Origin: a virus | Lineage: Duplodnaviria; Caudoviricetes | DNA: 61,955 nt | Virus record (IMG/VR): IMGVR_UViG_3300032288_000863 | Span: 1 to 61,955 of that record | Strand: one strand, 5' to 3' | Shown: positions 10,769 through 20,320 of the stretch, in pieces | Numbering within the stretch: the first letter of the stretch is position 1 | Layout: every line of letters starts with the position of its first letter | Position numbers and translations under genes: made by a program | Notes under the pieces: generated by a model | Databases searched by the model: none | The model's input: only the letters and a program-made list of their open reading frames with translations | What the model was told of the DNA's origin: nothing

Positions 10769-11016
10769 CAGTGCCCCTTGTCTGCTTTACCGTCCAACTT
10801 GTCTTCGATCCGGTCCAGCTTGCGAAAGATTGCGTCGGACAGATCCCTGAAGTCTGATTTATGTACCCGGTCGTTAGCGATCTCTTCGCGTAAGTTAGAC
10901 AAGTCTTTTTTAAGAGACCCAACCGCATCCCACAGTTGCCGCGCTAACCATCCAAATACAGAAGAAATGACGGCAAACCCCGTATTTATAAGCCATTGAA
11001 GGCTGCTATCGTCCAT
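10768..11016 (-). CDS. single-TM coiled-coil protein, holin-like lysis protein
   Basis: N-terminal hydrophobic helix plus coiled coil (KLDRIEDKLDGKADK), immediately upstream of endolysin. Confidence 0.5.
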   Translation of the reverse strand: MDDSSLQWLINTGFAVISSVFGWLARQLWDAVGSLKKDLSNLREEIANDRVHKSDFRDLSDAIFRKLDRIEDKLDGKADKGH

Positions 11017-11020
11017 AATA

Positions 11021-11350
11021 TTACGTCCAAGGTATGTCGCGGATAACTACTTTGGGTGCAGCACGGCGTTGAATTTCGTCCGCGATTGCATCTTCATAAT
11101 CTTTTACAGCGGTTTGCCCAAGAGTATCTTTTACCCACTGCACCACCACATCTTTGGTAAGTGAAGCATAAGGAATAAAATTTTCTTCGGTGCTAGTCTG
11201 ATTGAGGCCCGTAGCCCCCGCCAATTCGCAACGGACGTTACCATCAACGCCAGACAGTTTCCAATGGACCGTGCAAAGCGCGTCTACTTTACCACCTAAT
11301 GACGGGTAGGTTTCCAATTGCACAATGTCCCAAGTGTATGTGGTAGCCAT
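11021..11350 (-). CDS. tail fibre-associated protein/chaperone
   Basis: ATG at 11350 (MATTYTWDIVQL...FIPYASLT..V.QWV...PW); follows a fibre gene. Confidence 0.55.
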   Translation of the reverse strand: MATTYTWDIVQLETYPSLGGKVDALCTVHWKLSGVDGNVRCELAGATGLNQTSTEENFIPYASLTKDVVVQWVKDTLGQTAVKDYEDAIADEIQRRAAPKVVIRDIPWT

Positions 11351-11360
11351 AAGTTTTTCC

Positions 11361-13097
11361 TTAGGCAGCGACAGCTTTGATGACCGCAAAATTAAACACG
11401 GGCTGTTCAGTAGTAGTGCCGCCAGTAGTGGCAAAGGTAATCTGAAAAGATCCGGCAGCGACGTTAGTCACCAGTATAATGTATTTATCTGTACCGCTTT
11501 TCTGGTTGACGATGACAACATCAGTAGCTGCAACAGCGGAGTTTGTGACGGTGAATGATTTATAAGTAGTAGATCCTGCGGCTGAAACAAGCGTGATAGC
11601 TCCAGTAGTTTTATTCAGCGTTACACCGTTAGTACGGGGGTCAGCGCCTCCCGTAGCCTGCGTAACTGCGCCGCCTGCGCCCGTGGTATAGCCGACACCT
11701 GAAGTCGCCCCGGAAGAAAGAATGCTGGTTGTTGCTGCAACACTGCCCGTGACATCTACCGTAGCAACAGGAGCAGTTAGACCACCAAATCGGGTATTCC
11801 CACGGAAAGCGTTATTTGCAGTGCCATCAGCATAAAAGTTCCAGTTGCCGGTACCGGAAGCTAGTTCAGAGAAAAAGCCATAGTTATTTGTGGCTACGCT
11901 ACCTAAATTTAAGCTAGCCAGAAAACCATAGTGGTCTGTTACAGCACTGCCCGCGCCAATGTTCAGGTCGTTTGCTATAAAGTGACAAGCAGTAGATAGA
12001 GTAAATGAAGCAGCTTGAGTAGATATTACACTCTGAAACGATTTAGCTACTGAAGTAACATCTGATTGAACGGTATACGCCGCAGCTATTTCCGCACTTG
12101 AAACCGCGCCTGTAAGTGCTTTACTAACCCTAAGTCCATAACCTGTAAGAGTAGTGGTCCCTATTCCTAGCGAACCCGCCAAATAGTTATTAGCAGTTCC
12201 ACTAGAATATAGGTTCCAGTTATTATTAGAACCAGTATTTATAGTAAAATTGGTAGCATAATTATTTGACGCTACATCAGATATTGCAGAACTTGCTACA
12301 AAAGCAGCCTGCGTTGTCACAGTACTACCTGCACCAAGCGCCATTAGTGCAGCATTAAAATGCGAAAGAAAAGCAAGAGTAAATGGGCTAGCAACAGTAG
12401 TAATATCAGACCTGTATGACGCGCCAGACCCAGTTACATCCGCTGCAACGGTCCAGTTATTGTAAACAGATACGCCCGTAGTATTCCCAGTTACAGTGCG
12501 ACTAATGTAAAGATTATTAGCCCCCGTTATACTTGTTGCACCAATACCCACTTTTCCGGCTGCGTCTATTACAAACGGTGAGGTATCAGGGTTAGCCGAG
12601 TCCTCAACAAGCAAAGCATTGCCCGCTCCAATCTGTGTAATACGCAAAGCATCGGAAGCAGAATTTGCATTTATCGTGACCGGGGCGCTGAAATTGTCAT
12701 GCGCCACAACGACATCCGTACCGTTGTTATAGACGAGCATGGTCTTGCCGTTGGGGATATCCACCCCCGTCATGCCAGTTACTTTAACAGTAACGGTGTA
12801 CCCGCCAGTCGTGGCGTTCTTGATGATGTAGGCTTTCTGGATCGCAGGAACTTCAAGCGTCGCGGCACCGCCGGGGCTACCTGTCAGGTTAAGATAGAGT
12901 GCGCGAGCATCTTGTGCAGCGTTACTATTAGAAAGCGTTAGCGTATTGGTCGTGGTGGTGAAATTTACTGTTACGTAGCCGCCAATAGCTTGTTCAATCG
13001 CCGTTCCCAAATTAGTGTTGGTCGTCGTCCCCCACGTACCAGCTTGTTCGCCAGTACCAATAAGCTCAAATTTGTAGCTGGAGTATGTGCTGGACAT
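11361..13097 (-). CDS. tail fibre protein
   Basis: 578 aa; N-terminal GEQAGTWGTTTNTNL anchor; two ~130-aa internal repeats ending NWN.Y..GTANN. Confidence 0.75.
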   Translation of the reverse strand: MSSTYSSYKFELIGTGEQAGTWGTTTNTNLGTAIEQAIGGYVTVNFTTTTNTLTLSNSNAAQDARALYLNLTGSPGGAATLEVPAIQKAYIIKNATTGGYTVTVKVTGMTGVDIPNGKTMLVYNNGTDVVVAHDNFSAPVTINANSASDALRITQIGAGNALLVEDSANPDTSPFVIDAAGKVGIGATSITGANNLYISRTVTGNTTGVSVYNNWTVAADVTGSGASYRSDITTVASPFTLAFLSHFNAALMALGAGSTVTTQAAFVASSAISDVASNNYATNFTINTGSNNNWNLYSSGTANNYLAGSLGIGTTTLTGYGLRVSKALTGAVSSAEIAAAYTVQSDVTSVAKSFQSVISTQAASFTLSTACHFIANDLNIGAGSAVTDHYGFLASLNLGSVATNNYGFFSELASGTGNWNFYADGTANNAFRGNTRFGGLTAPVATVDVTGSVAATTSILSSGATSGVGYTTGAGGAVTQATGGADPRTNGVTLNKTTGAITLVSAAGSTTYKSFTVTNSAVAATDVVIVNQKSGTDKYIILVTNVAAGSFQITFATTGGTTTEQPVFNFAVIKAVAA

Positions 13098-13107
13098 AAG
13101 GCTGTAC

Positions 13108-13356
13108 CTATATCAAAGTCCACGTTACCGCGGGGGGAGTTACTATCACGGTCCACCCGCTAGTCTGGCTGTTAGTTATGTTACCCCAACCAGCAGCCTG
13201 TGTGTCATCTATCATAGCCCACGAACTGTCGTAGGATATCTGAAACGCGTCAAACTGGAAGGCATCCGCCTGAAACGCTGTGGTGCCGCTGGTCGTACTG
13301 TTAGTAATAATACTCCAGTTAGGTGACTGTGCATCATTTATAACAGTCCAGACCAC
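13108..13356 (-). CDS. small tail protein with periodic Trp repeats
   Basis: W..I...Q...W repeats with ~11-aa period, AFQ.DAFQ.DAFQ. Confidence 0.55.
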   Translation of the reverse strand: MVWTVINDAQSPNWSIITNSTTSGTTAFQADAFQFDAFQISYDSSWAMIDDTQAAGWGNITNSQTSGWTVIVTPPAVTWTLI

Positions 13357-13357
13357 G

Positions 13358-13900
13358 CTACTTCTCCGGTTTAGTCAGCGTTGCATGAATATCTTGTATA
13401 GCTTCTTTAAACCACGACATAGCAAATTGCTGGAAATCAGTACTACGCTGAACAATAGCAGGGTGCATACCGTTGCCCCACACTGCGACAAAATTGCAGT
13501 CATATCCATGTGGGTTCACCTCTTTATCTGCGTGGGGGGCGTTGCCCATACGCCACTCTTTGGATAGATAATAGAAGCCCATCTCCGAAAACGGTTCTTT
13601 GTGCGTGGGGTCACCGTAGTACCGGGTAGATGCCCAGTGCGGGATAATAATAGTACACTTAGCCCCCGGCTTGAGGACGCGGTAAAGCTCGTTGAAGAAA
13701 TGAGTACGTTGCCACTTACCCTCAAAATTGGTTAGGTGCTCCAGAAAGTGACTGGAGTGCGCCTCTTCAACAGAGTTATCCTCCCACGGCCATGGGTCAG
13801 TTCCGATATCCAAAACGACATCTACACCCTCCATCGGATACTGATCGACACCGATAAAGCCTTCTTTCTTGTTTTTGCCGCAACCCAGATCAATTTTCAT
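13358..13900 (-). CDS. class I SAM-dependent methyltransferase
   Basis: KIDLGCG motif I, HFLEHL, ELYRVLKPG. Confidence 0.85.
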   Translation of the reverse strand: MKIDLGCGKNKKEGFIGVDQYPMEGVDVVLDIGTDPWPWEDNSVEEAHSSHFLEHLTNFEGKWQRTHFFNELYRVLKPGAKCTIIIPHWASTRYYGDPTHKEPFSEMGFYYLSKEWRMGNAPHADKEVNPHGYDCNFVAVWGNGMHPAIVQRSTDFQQFAMSWFKEAIQDIHATLTKPEK

Positions 13901-13909
13901 AACTATCCT

Positions 13910-14641
13910 TTACCAAGTAAAATCCTCAATGCCCATAGCGCCGGTTAGATCGTAGTGGCCCACCTTCACTGAGCAATCAATCGCGCAACGATAGCCGTAT
14001 TTCCGAGCATCGGACCAGAAGTACAGATCTTGTGTCCCAACACCTTCCGCGCCCGCAACCGTTTTGAACCACGGACGCCGCAAGCGCTCGTCTTTAAACA
14101 TAGACAGCCGCCAGAGGTTAAAGCCCATCCCGGTCCCGCAGCACTCAACAAGCCCCCCGTCAGGATCAGGCGGTTGTGGACGGAAGTTAAGCACAGGATC
14201 TTTAGGATCACCCCAAATCTGCGGCTGACCCCCGGGCCCTTTTGTCCAGTAAAGCCCTCCGATACAAGATAACTCAGGGTGCTCTTCCATCCGCTTAATC
14301 AGTTTCACCAGCCCATCTGAAGGAGGAATATTGTCGTGCTCAATGGTCAGGAGATATTCCCACTGACCCAAATCGGGGTGCGCGATGATTTCCGCAATAG
14401 AATTAGAGAACGCCTCGCCTACCTCCATCCCGATAGCCGCCATGCGGTGAGCCGCTTGGTTAGGTGGGAAGATCAGCCCGCAATGAGATAGGTAGACTTT
14501 CGTGGGTATCTGCGCTCCGGCGGGAATCAGCATGATAACCCGCTGTTTCTTCCAACTGCCCCCTTGAACAACACGCTGGGTAGCAGCGGGGAGATCTTCG
14601 TTATGTGCGCCGGAACCGAGAGAAACTATCTGCGGCTTCAA
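13910..14641 (-). CDS. glycosyltransferase (GT-A/GT2-like)
   Basis: TTG start at 14641 with GGAGG RBS; YLLTIEHD (DxD-like), GTGMGFNL, QDLYF..., D.SVKVGH. Confidence 0.7.
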   Translation of the reverse strand: MKPQIVSLGSGAHNEDLPAATQRVVQGGSWKKQRVIMLIPAGAQIPTKVYLSHCGLIFPPNQAAHRMAAIGMEVGEAFSNSIAEIIAHPDLGQWEYLLTIEHDNIPPSDGLVKLIKRMEEHPELSCIGGLYWTKGPGGQPQIWGDPKDPVLNFRPQPPDPDGGLVECCGTGMGFNLWRLSMFKDERLRRPWFKTVAGAEGVGTQDLYFWSDARKYGYRCAIDCSVKVGHYDLTGAMGIEDFTW

Positions 14642-14802
14642 GCAGGAGCCTCCATCAAGACTACAGGTACAAAGTCTCCTCCCCCCTCTATATCTGCGAC
14701 TCGGCAACACAGAGCTTTTTGTACGGGGAGTTCGACAAGCACTATATACTCATCATTGTCCAACTCAAACTTAGTATACGAGGAAAAATCTGAAATTTGC
14801 AT
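14638..14802 (-). CDS. small acidic hypothetical protein (54 aa)
   Basis: Below ORF-track cutoff; MQISDFSSY...MEAPA; fills the gap and overlaps the GT start by TTGA. Confidence 0.5.
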   Translation of the reverse strand: MQISDFSSYTKFELDNDEYIVLVELPVQKALCCRVADIEGGGDFVPVVLMEAPA

Positions 14803-14804
14803 AG

Positions 14805-17800
14805 TTATACCGTATTGAACCCAAATTGTACGATGGGGAAACGCTGGGCAAGAGAGTTAGTCCCCTGTATCTCACTAAACGCTATTGCATTTGGCAGCGC
14901 TGTCGTAGACGCACTATAAAAGCCTTGCCCCAGCGTGAATTGCGCCGTTGCGTTTGAAGCTACACCAAAGCCCCCAGAGAAGTTGGTGTTGATCTGTGAG
15001 GCAAGATACTGCGAGAACGAACAGTTGGCACCGCCTGTCGTTGTCCTGACAACCTGTGCTATCCAGTACCGCCCGCCAGAAATCGACGTACTCCAGTTGT
15101 AGGTGAGGTTACGCCACCCGTGGTAAGACGCGCTGTTTGCCGTACCAGAGAAAGTTATACCTACACTGTTTGAAGTCGAATGTGCCAGAGATAGAGAACT
15201 TACGTTCCGTGAGTAAAGTCCTACCCAGTTAGATATGGTGAACGAGCCCGTCGAGTTAGCCGCGGCGGAGAAGTTGATCGGGACCGCGATGACGTTAACA
15301 GTCAGGTCCGGGAAGATATCCGGGTCCAGCGCTAGCGTGCCTTGACCAACCGCTCCCACCACAAGCGGGTAGTCCCCGTGCGGGGAATACCCTGAAGCTA
15401 TATATGGCCCGGCAACACTCGCTGTGATCTGGTTACTACCTGACATTCCAAACGTAACGCCGTTTGAGTTAGCGAACGAAACGGTGCCAGATGTGGCCGT
15501 CTGAGTCCCGGCTATAAGCGCTACTGCTTGTGCAGACAGCCCAATCGTACTGCCGTTAGAACTTAGGCTGATGTTGTTGCCAGCAGACAGGCTGGATGTA
15601 GCCGGTGCCGAGATAGCAATCTGAGACCCGTTGGTCCCTGAGAGCGTGATGTTCACACCGGAGAAGTTAAGTGTGTTACCAGATGCAGTTGTGTTCCCCG
15701 ATGTAGCACCAGACAAGTTGGCATACATCGCCCCGCCGACACCGCCGGCTGTCTGGTTGATGGAGATTGTCGCCCCGTTTGAATCGGTAGATTGGCTAAG
15801 TGAGATGTTGTTCGTCCCAACGAAGACAATCCGAGAACCGCTTACTCCTGTAGAACCCGCCGTGTTACCGAGGTTAGACACGCCAGCGGAGTAGTTTGCG
15901 CCTATGACAGAAATTGTGCTGCCTGTCGTAGAAATCGTGATGTTGCTGCCTGCCGCCAGACTGGATACAGGCGGGGCAGAGATAGCGATCTGAGACCCGT
16001 TGGTCCCCGAGAGGGTGACGTTGATACCCGAGAAGTTAAGGGTGCTGCCAGACGCCGTGGTATTACCCGACGTATTTCCTGACAGGTTGGCGTACATAAC
16101 TCCACCGCCACCGGGAGCGGCGACAGAGATAGCGAGACCGGCGGAGTTAAGCGTGACAGAAGCGTTGGTAGCGGATGTACCTGTACCTGCATAGCCTGCA
16201 GCATTAAGGCTGAGACCTGAACTATTAACCGTCCACGTGACATTAGTTTGGGCCGTATTGAGCCCAACGGCATCATTAGACGCTCTGGCAGTGGTGAGAT
16301 ATGCCCCCGCCGACTGAAGCGCCGTGGTGATGTTCGACGCCAGACCAAACGTAATAGAAGAGCCGTTAGTGGAGGAGGACAGACTCGACCCCACGTTAAG
16401 ACTGATAGCGCCGGAGCTACCGTTAACGGAAGAGACATACGCCGTCGGCACCGTAGGCACGGTGTAAGACGCAATGACAGAACCGCCCGAGTTAGAGAAC
16501 GTAACGCCGTTAGAGTTGGCGAAGTTCAGCGTCTGGAACGTACTAGAACCACCAGACGCGGAGAACGCTTGGTTAGATTGAGATGTTAAATAGTTAGCGT
16601 TCGCGGACTGAAGCGCTGTAGTGATGTTCGACGCCAGACCAAACGTAATAGAAGAGCCGTTGGTAGAAGAAGACAGGCTTGATCCTACGTTTAGGCTGAT
16701 CTGGCCCGAAGACCCGTTGACGTTGGAGACGTAAGAAGTTGGAACAGTCGGGACTGTGTAACTTGCTGTGATCTGGCTGCTACCCGACATCCCAAACGTA
16801 ATACCGTTTGAGTTGGCAAAGTTAACCGTCCCGGAAGTCGCCGTCTGCGTACCCGCAGCGGCAGCGATACCCCCGCCACCAGCAGCGGCAGTCAGATAAG
16901 CAGGTACGCCAAGGCTAAGGCCCGCCGTATTCAAAGTTCCTACAACTGCCGTACCCGCAGTAGTCGTGCTGGTAAAGCCTGTACCCGCGATGTTTCCTGA
17001 CGCTTGAGTCTGGACAGACTGAGAGAAGCTAGCTGTGATCTGGTTACTACCAGACATTCCGAACGTGACGTTATTGGAATTGGCAAAGTTAACCGTTCCG
17101 GAAGTGGCGGTCTGAGTCCCGCCTGCGAGGGCTACAGCTTGTGCAGATAACCCGATGGTGCTGCCGTTAGAACTAAGGCTAATATTGTTTCCAGCAGAAA
17201 GGCTAGATGTGGCTGGAGCAGAAATAGCAATCTGCGAGCCATTAGTACCCGACAACGTAATGTTTACGCCAGAGAAGTTGAGCGTGCTTCCCGAAGCGGT
17301 TGTATTGCCAGATGTAGCGCCGGACAAGTTAGCGTACATAGCAGCGGCTGCGGCCACCGACGCAGTAATCTGGTTACTACCAGACATTCCAAACGTAACA
17401 CCGTTGGAATTGACAAAGTTTACCGTACCGCTAGTGGCTGTCTGCGTGCCTGCGCCAAGTGCAGCGGCTTGGGCCGAGATACCAATAGTTGAGCCGGTGC
17501 TGGAAATAGCGATGTTGTTGCCATTGGATAGGCCAGATTGCGGCGGAACAGAGATAGCAATCTGCGAGCCATTAGTACCCGAAAGAGTGACGTTAATACC
17601 CGACAGGTTAAGTGTGCTGCCTGACGCCGTGGTGTTCCCGGTCGTAGCGCCGGAGAGGTTTGCATAAACAGGAAGTGCCGTGGGAACAGTGTAGCTAGCC
17701 GTGATCTGGCTGCTATTAGACATCCCAAACGTGATGCCATTTGAATTAGCAAAGTTAATTGTTCCGCTGGTTCCTGTTTGCGTACCTGCGGCAGCGGCGA

Positions 17801-18893
17801 TACCGCCGGCAGCGCCTCCAATAACAGAGATTGTGCTACCAGAAGTCGAAATCGTAATGTTCGCGCCAGCCGCAAGGCTCGATACAGGCGGCGCAGAGAT
17901 CGCAATCTGAGATCCATTGGTTCCCGACAGGGTGACGTTGATACCCGACAGGTTGAGTGTACTTCCCGATGCTGTGGTATTGCCGGAGGTATTCCCCGAC
18001 AAGTTAGCGTACATGGCAGCGGCGGCAGCGACAGATGCGGTGATCTGGTTGCTACCCGACATTCCGAACGTCACGCCGTTGGAATTGACGAAGTTTACAG
18101 TGCCGCTGGTCGCCGTCTGAGAACCCGCACCCAGTGCTACAGCCTGAGCAGAGATACCAATAGTCGAGCCGGTATTAGAGATGGCGATGTTGTTGCCGTT
18201 AGAGATTCCAGACGTAGCAGGGCCAGAAATCGCAATCTGAGACCCATTGGTCCCCGAAAGTGTGACGTTGATACCGGAAAAGTTAAGAGTACTACCTGAC
18301 GCCGTAGTGTTACCTGACGTATTGCCCGACAGGTTAGCGTACATAACCCCGCCGCCACCGGTAGCAGCAGTCGTCAAGTAAGCAGGGATACCAAGACTCA
18401 AACCCGCTGTGTTCAGCGTCCCTACAACAGCGGTCCCCGCCGTGGTCGTACTGGTAAATCCCGTACCGGCTATGTTTCCCGAAGCCTGAGTCTGAACGGT
18501 TTGGGTTGTGAGATAGTTGCTGTTAGCTGACTGAAGCGCCGTGGTGATGTTCGACGCCAGACCAAACGTAATAGAAGAGCCGTTAGTGGAGGAGGACAGA
18601 CTCGACCCCACGTTAAGACTGATCTGACCTGACGATCCGTTGACGTTGGATACGTATGAGGTCGGAACTACAGCGTTCGACCCGCTGATAACAATCGTCC
18701 CACCGGTTCCTGACAGGCTGACGTTGCCCGCCGCTTGAAGTATGACGTTGGTCCCGCTGACGGTGCTGGCACCGAGCGTGTTGCCTGACAGGGTGTAGTA
18801 CTGATTATGGGCCGAGTTCCAGTCACTAGGACGAACAATATTGGTGTTCGTCCCGTCAGGGATTGGGTTGGTGAAAACGTGTGATATAGCCAT
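14805..18893 (-). CDS. long repetitive Ser/Thr/Gly/Asn-rich fibre/adhesin-like protein
   Basis: 1362 aa built from four repeated modules plus a unique C-terminal ~200-aa beta domain. Confidence 0.75.
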   Translation of the reverse strand: MAISHVFTNPIPDGTNTNIVRPSDWNSAHNQYYTLSGNTLGASTVSGTNVILQAAGNVSLSGTGGTIVISGSNAVVPTSYVSNVNGSSGQISLNVGSSLSSSTNGSSITFGLASNITTALQSANSNYLTTQTVQTQASGNIAGTGFTSTTTAGTAVVGTLNTAGLSLGIPAYLTTAATGGGGVMYANLSGNTSGNTTASGSTLNFSGINVTLSGTNGSQIAISGPATSGISNGNNIAISNTGSTIGISAQAVALGAGSQTATSGTVNFVNSNGVTFGMSGSNQITASVAAAAAMYANLSGNTSGNTTASGSTLNLSGINVTLSGTNGSQIAISAPPVSSLAAGANITISTSGSTISVIGGAAGGIAAAAGTQTGTSGTINFANSNGITFGMSNSSQITASYTVPTALPVYANLSGATTGNTTASGSTLNLSGINVTLSGTNGSQIAISVPPQSGLSNGNNIAISSTGSTIGISAQAAALGAGTQTATSGTVNFVNSNGVTFGMSGSNQITASVAAAAAMYANLSGATSGNTTASGSTLNFSGVNITLSGTNGSQIAISAPATSSLSAGNNISLSSNGSTIGLSAQAVALAGGTQTATSGTVNFANSNNVTFGMSGSNQITASFSQSVQTQASGNIAGTGFTSTTTAGTAVVGTLNTAGLSLGVPAYLTAAAGGGGIAAAAGTQTATSGTVNFANSNGITFGMSGSSQITASYTVPTVPTSYVSNVNGSSGQISLNVGSSLSSSTNGSSITFGLASNITTALQSANANYLTSQSNQAFSASGGSSTFQTLNFANSNGVTFSNSGGSVIASYTVPTVPTAYVSSVNGSSGAISLNVGSSLSSSTNGSSITFGLASNITTALQSAGAYLTTARASNDAVGLNTAQTNVTWTVNSSGLSLNAAGYAGTGTSATNASVTLNSAGLAISVAAPGGGGVMYANLSGNTSGNTTASGSTLNFSGINVTLSGTNGSQIAISAPPVSSLAAGSNITISTTGSTISVIGANYSAGVSNLGNTAGSTGVSGSRIVFVGTNNISLSQSTDSNGATISINQTAGGVGGAMYANLSGATSGNTTASGNTLNFSGVNITLSGTNGSQIAISAPATSSLSAGNNISLSSNGSTIGLSAQAVALIAGTQTATSGTVSFANSNGVTFGMSGSNQITASVAGPYIASGYSPHGDYPLVVGAVGQGTLALDPDIFPDLTVNVIAVPINFSAAANSTGSFTISNWVGLYSRNVSSLSLAHSTSNSVGITFSGTANSASYHGWRNLTYNWSTSISGGRYWIAQVVRTTTGGANCSFSQYLASQINTNFSGGFGVASNATAQFTLGQGFYSASTTALPNAIAFSEIQGTNSLAQRFPIVQFGFNTV
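16312..16406. repeat. 95-bp direct repeat, copy 1 (copy 2 at 18529-18623)
   Basis: Identical by eye from GACTGAAGC to ACTGAT. Confidence 0.85.
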
Positions 18894-18899
18894 AGGACA

Positions 18900-19550
18900 T
18901 TATAACCTAAGCCATGAAAGAGTCACGGTGGAGGTGGAGGAAGCAGGTAGATACGCTAACGCACCAGCACCCCAAAATGCTGATGTTTGCGTCCATGTAA
19001 GTGATTCTGACGTACCTGTGGCGGTTTTATAGCCAATTTGCATATATTCACCGCCACCAAGTGAATCATCAATCAATGACGATTGCGCTCCGTCAGGTGT
19101 AGCGGTATTGACTGTACTTGCTGCGCCAAATACAAGATCCCCGGAGGTAGCCGTGATCGTTACTGATACTGTTCCTGAATTGCCTTGTGCGGTTGCCGGT
19201 GTTCCTCGCGGAGTTCCCCCCACATCGACACCAGATAAAGTAATGATACAGACGTTGTAGGTTCGGTTCCCTGACCGCTTTACTGTCAAACTGTAAGCAC
19301 CAATCGCAGGGCTATCCAGATCGTAAATGTATACGCCTCCAAGGTTAGTATCACTACGAGATACACGCTGTGTTAAAAGAGTTCCATTCCAATCTACCGT
19401 GTCTGGGACATCTTGAGTTCCGGTAAGAACAGCAATGAGGACATTATCCCCGGTTGTGGTAGTTGCCGACCACGATGCCGCAAAAGTAGTTCCGTTAAAC
19501 GTCATCGCTTGCGCGGAAGGCGTAGTGTTGCTGGTGATTGATACCGGCAT
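18900..19550 (-). CDS. beta-sandwich tail appendage protein (type B, paralog of 20321-21001)
   Basis: Thr/Ser-rich, similar size and C-terminal W-[IL]-R motif. Confidence 0.55.
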   Translation of the reverse strand: MPVSITSNTTPSAQAMTFNGTTFAASWSATTTTGDNVLIAVLTGTQDVPDTVDWNGTLLTQRVSRSDTNLGGVYIYDLDSPAIGAYSLTVKRSGNRTYNVCIITLSGVDVGGTPRGTPATAQGNSGTVSVTITATSGDLVFGAASTVNTATPDGAQSSLIDDSLGGGEYMQIGYKTATGTSESLTWTQTSAFWGAGALAYLPASSTSTVTLSWLRL

Positions 19551-20320
19551 TACACAAATCCTCCCATCGAAATCTTAAAGTCGTCGTACCAAATCTCAAA
19601 GTTACTAGGAGGGTTTCCCTGCGTATAATTCCAAAAACCAATACTAGCAATTGGTGGATTACTGTAATGTCGATTAAATAATCCACTCGCATTTAAATAA
19701 ACATTACCGTCAATCTCGACGTAAAACGCGCCATCGGGAACTTCGTTTGCAGCGGTAGTTCCACTGTTGAATTTAACCCGCAATTTAAATGTGTGCCAGC
19801 TAGTTCCCCAATCCGTTGAAGCAAAATCCTTGTTCATCGGACGTATAATTGTTGGGGACGGTGCGCGACCCGGCGTTGAAGTACGAGCGCTATCAAAAAA
19901 AATCTCGCACGTATTATCGTTTGTTGTAGACGTGCCGTCACCATAACCAACACCGAGCATTCCGCCGTTGTCGATTCCAGTAAAATTTAAACCAAAAGTG
20001 CAGTTTGCATATCCGCTGGTTGTCTGCCCAAAAACTTTACAAAATTTAATACCATGTTTACTAGCGGGCATTTTGGCCTGAAACTGAATATAAATATCTG
20101 AAAGATTATATAAACTAATATTTTCAGTTGCATATACGGTTGTATCATTTACACCCGCTGCCATCACGCCTTTCCAAGCATTATCTACAACTGCTAAAGT
20201 TCCACCATTCTGAGCGCCGTAACTTGTCCATCCGGCGGAGGGAGATCCGCTTGCAAAATCATCACTGAAAATCAGTGTGCCACTCGCCACTGTACTCCAC
20301 GGGAACGGTATGTACGTCAT
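19550..20320 (-). CDS. lectin/polysaccharide-lyase-like jelly-roll protein (type A)
   Basis: IFSDDF..., KFCK, WHTFKLRVKFNS..DG..VEIDG, WYDDFKIS. Confidence 0.55.
   Translation of the reverse strand: MTYIPFPWSTVASGTLIFSDDFASGSPSAGWTSYGAQNGGTLAVVDNAWKGVMAAGVNDTTVYATENISLYNLSDIYIQFQAKMPASKHGIKFCKVFGQTTSGYANCTFGLNFTGIDNGGMLGVGYGDGTSTTNDNTCEIFFDSARTSTPGRAPSPTIIRPMNKDFASTDWGTSWHTFKLRVKFNSGTTAANEVPDGAFYVEIDGNVYLNASGLFNRHYSNPPIASIGFWNYTQGNPPSNFEIWYDDFKISMGGFV

Noticed and set aside
14642-14710. ORF-track N-terminal extension of the glycosyltransferase (similarly extensions at 11434, 26692, 27103, 30390, 37735, 40154, 52105, 56224)
   Set aside because: Downstream starts have better RBS or coupling, and the extensions overlap other genes or regulatory DNA.
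16312-18623. Repeat pair as DGR template/variable repeat
   Set aside because: Copies are identical and both lie in the same CDS; no adenine-specific differences and no reverse transcriptase.
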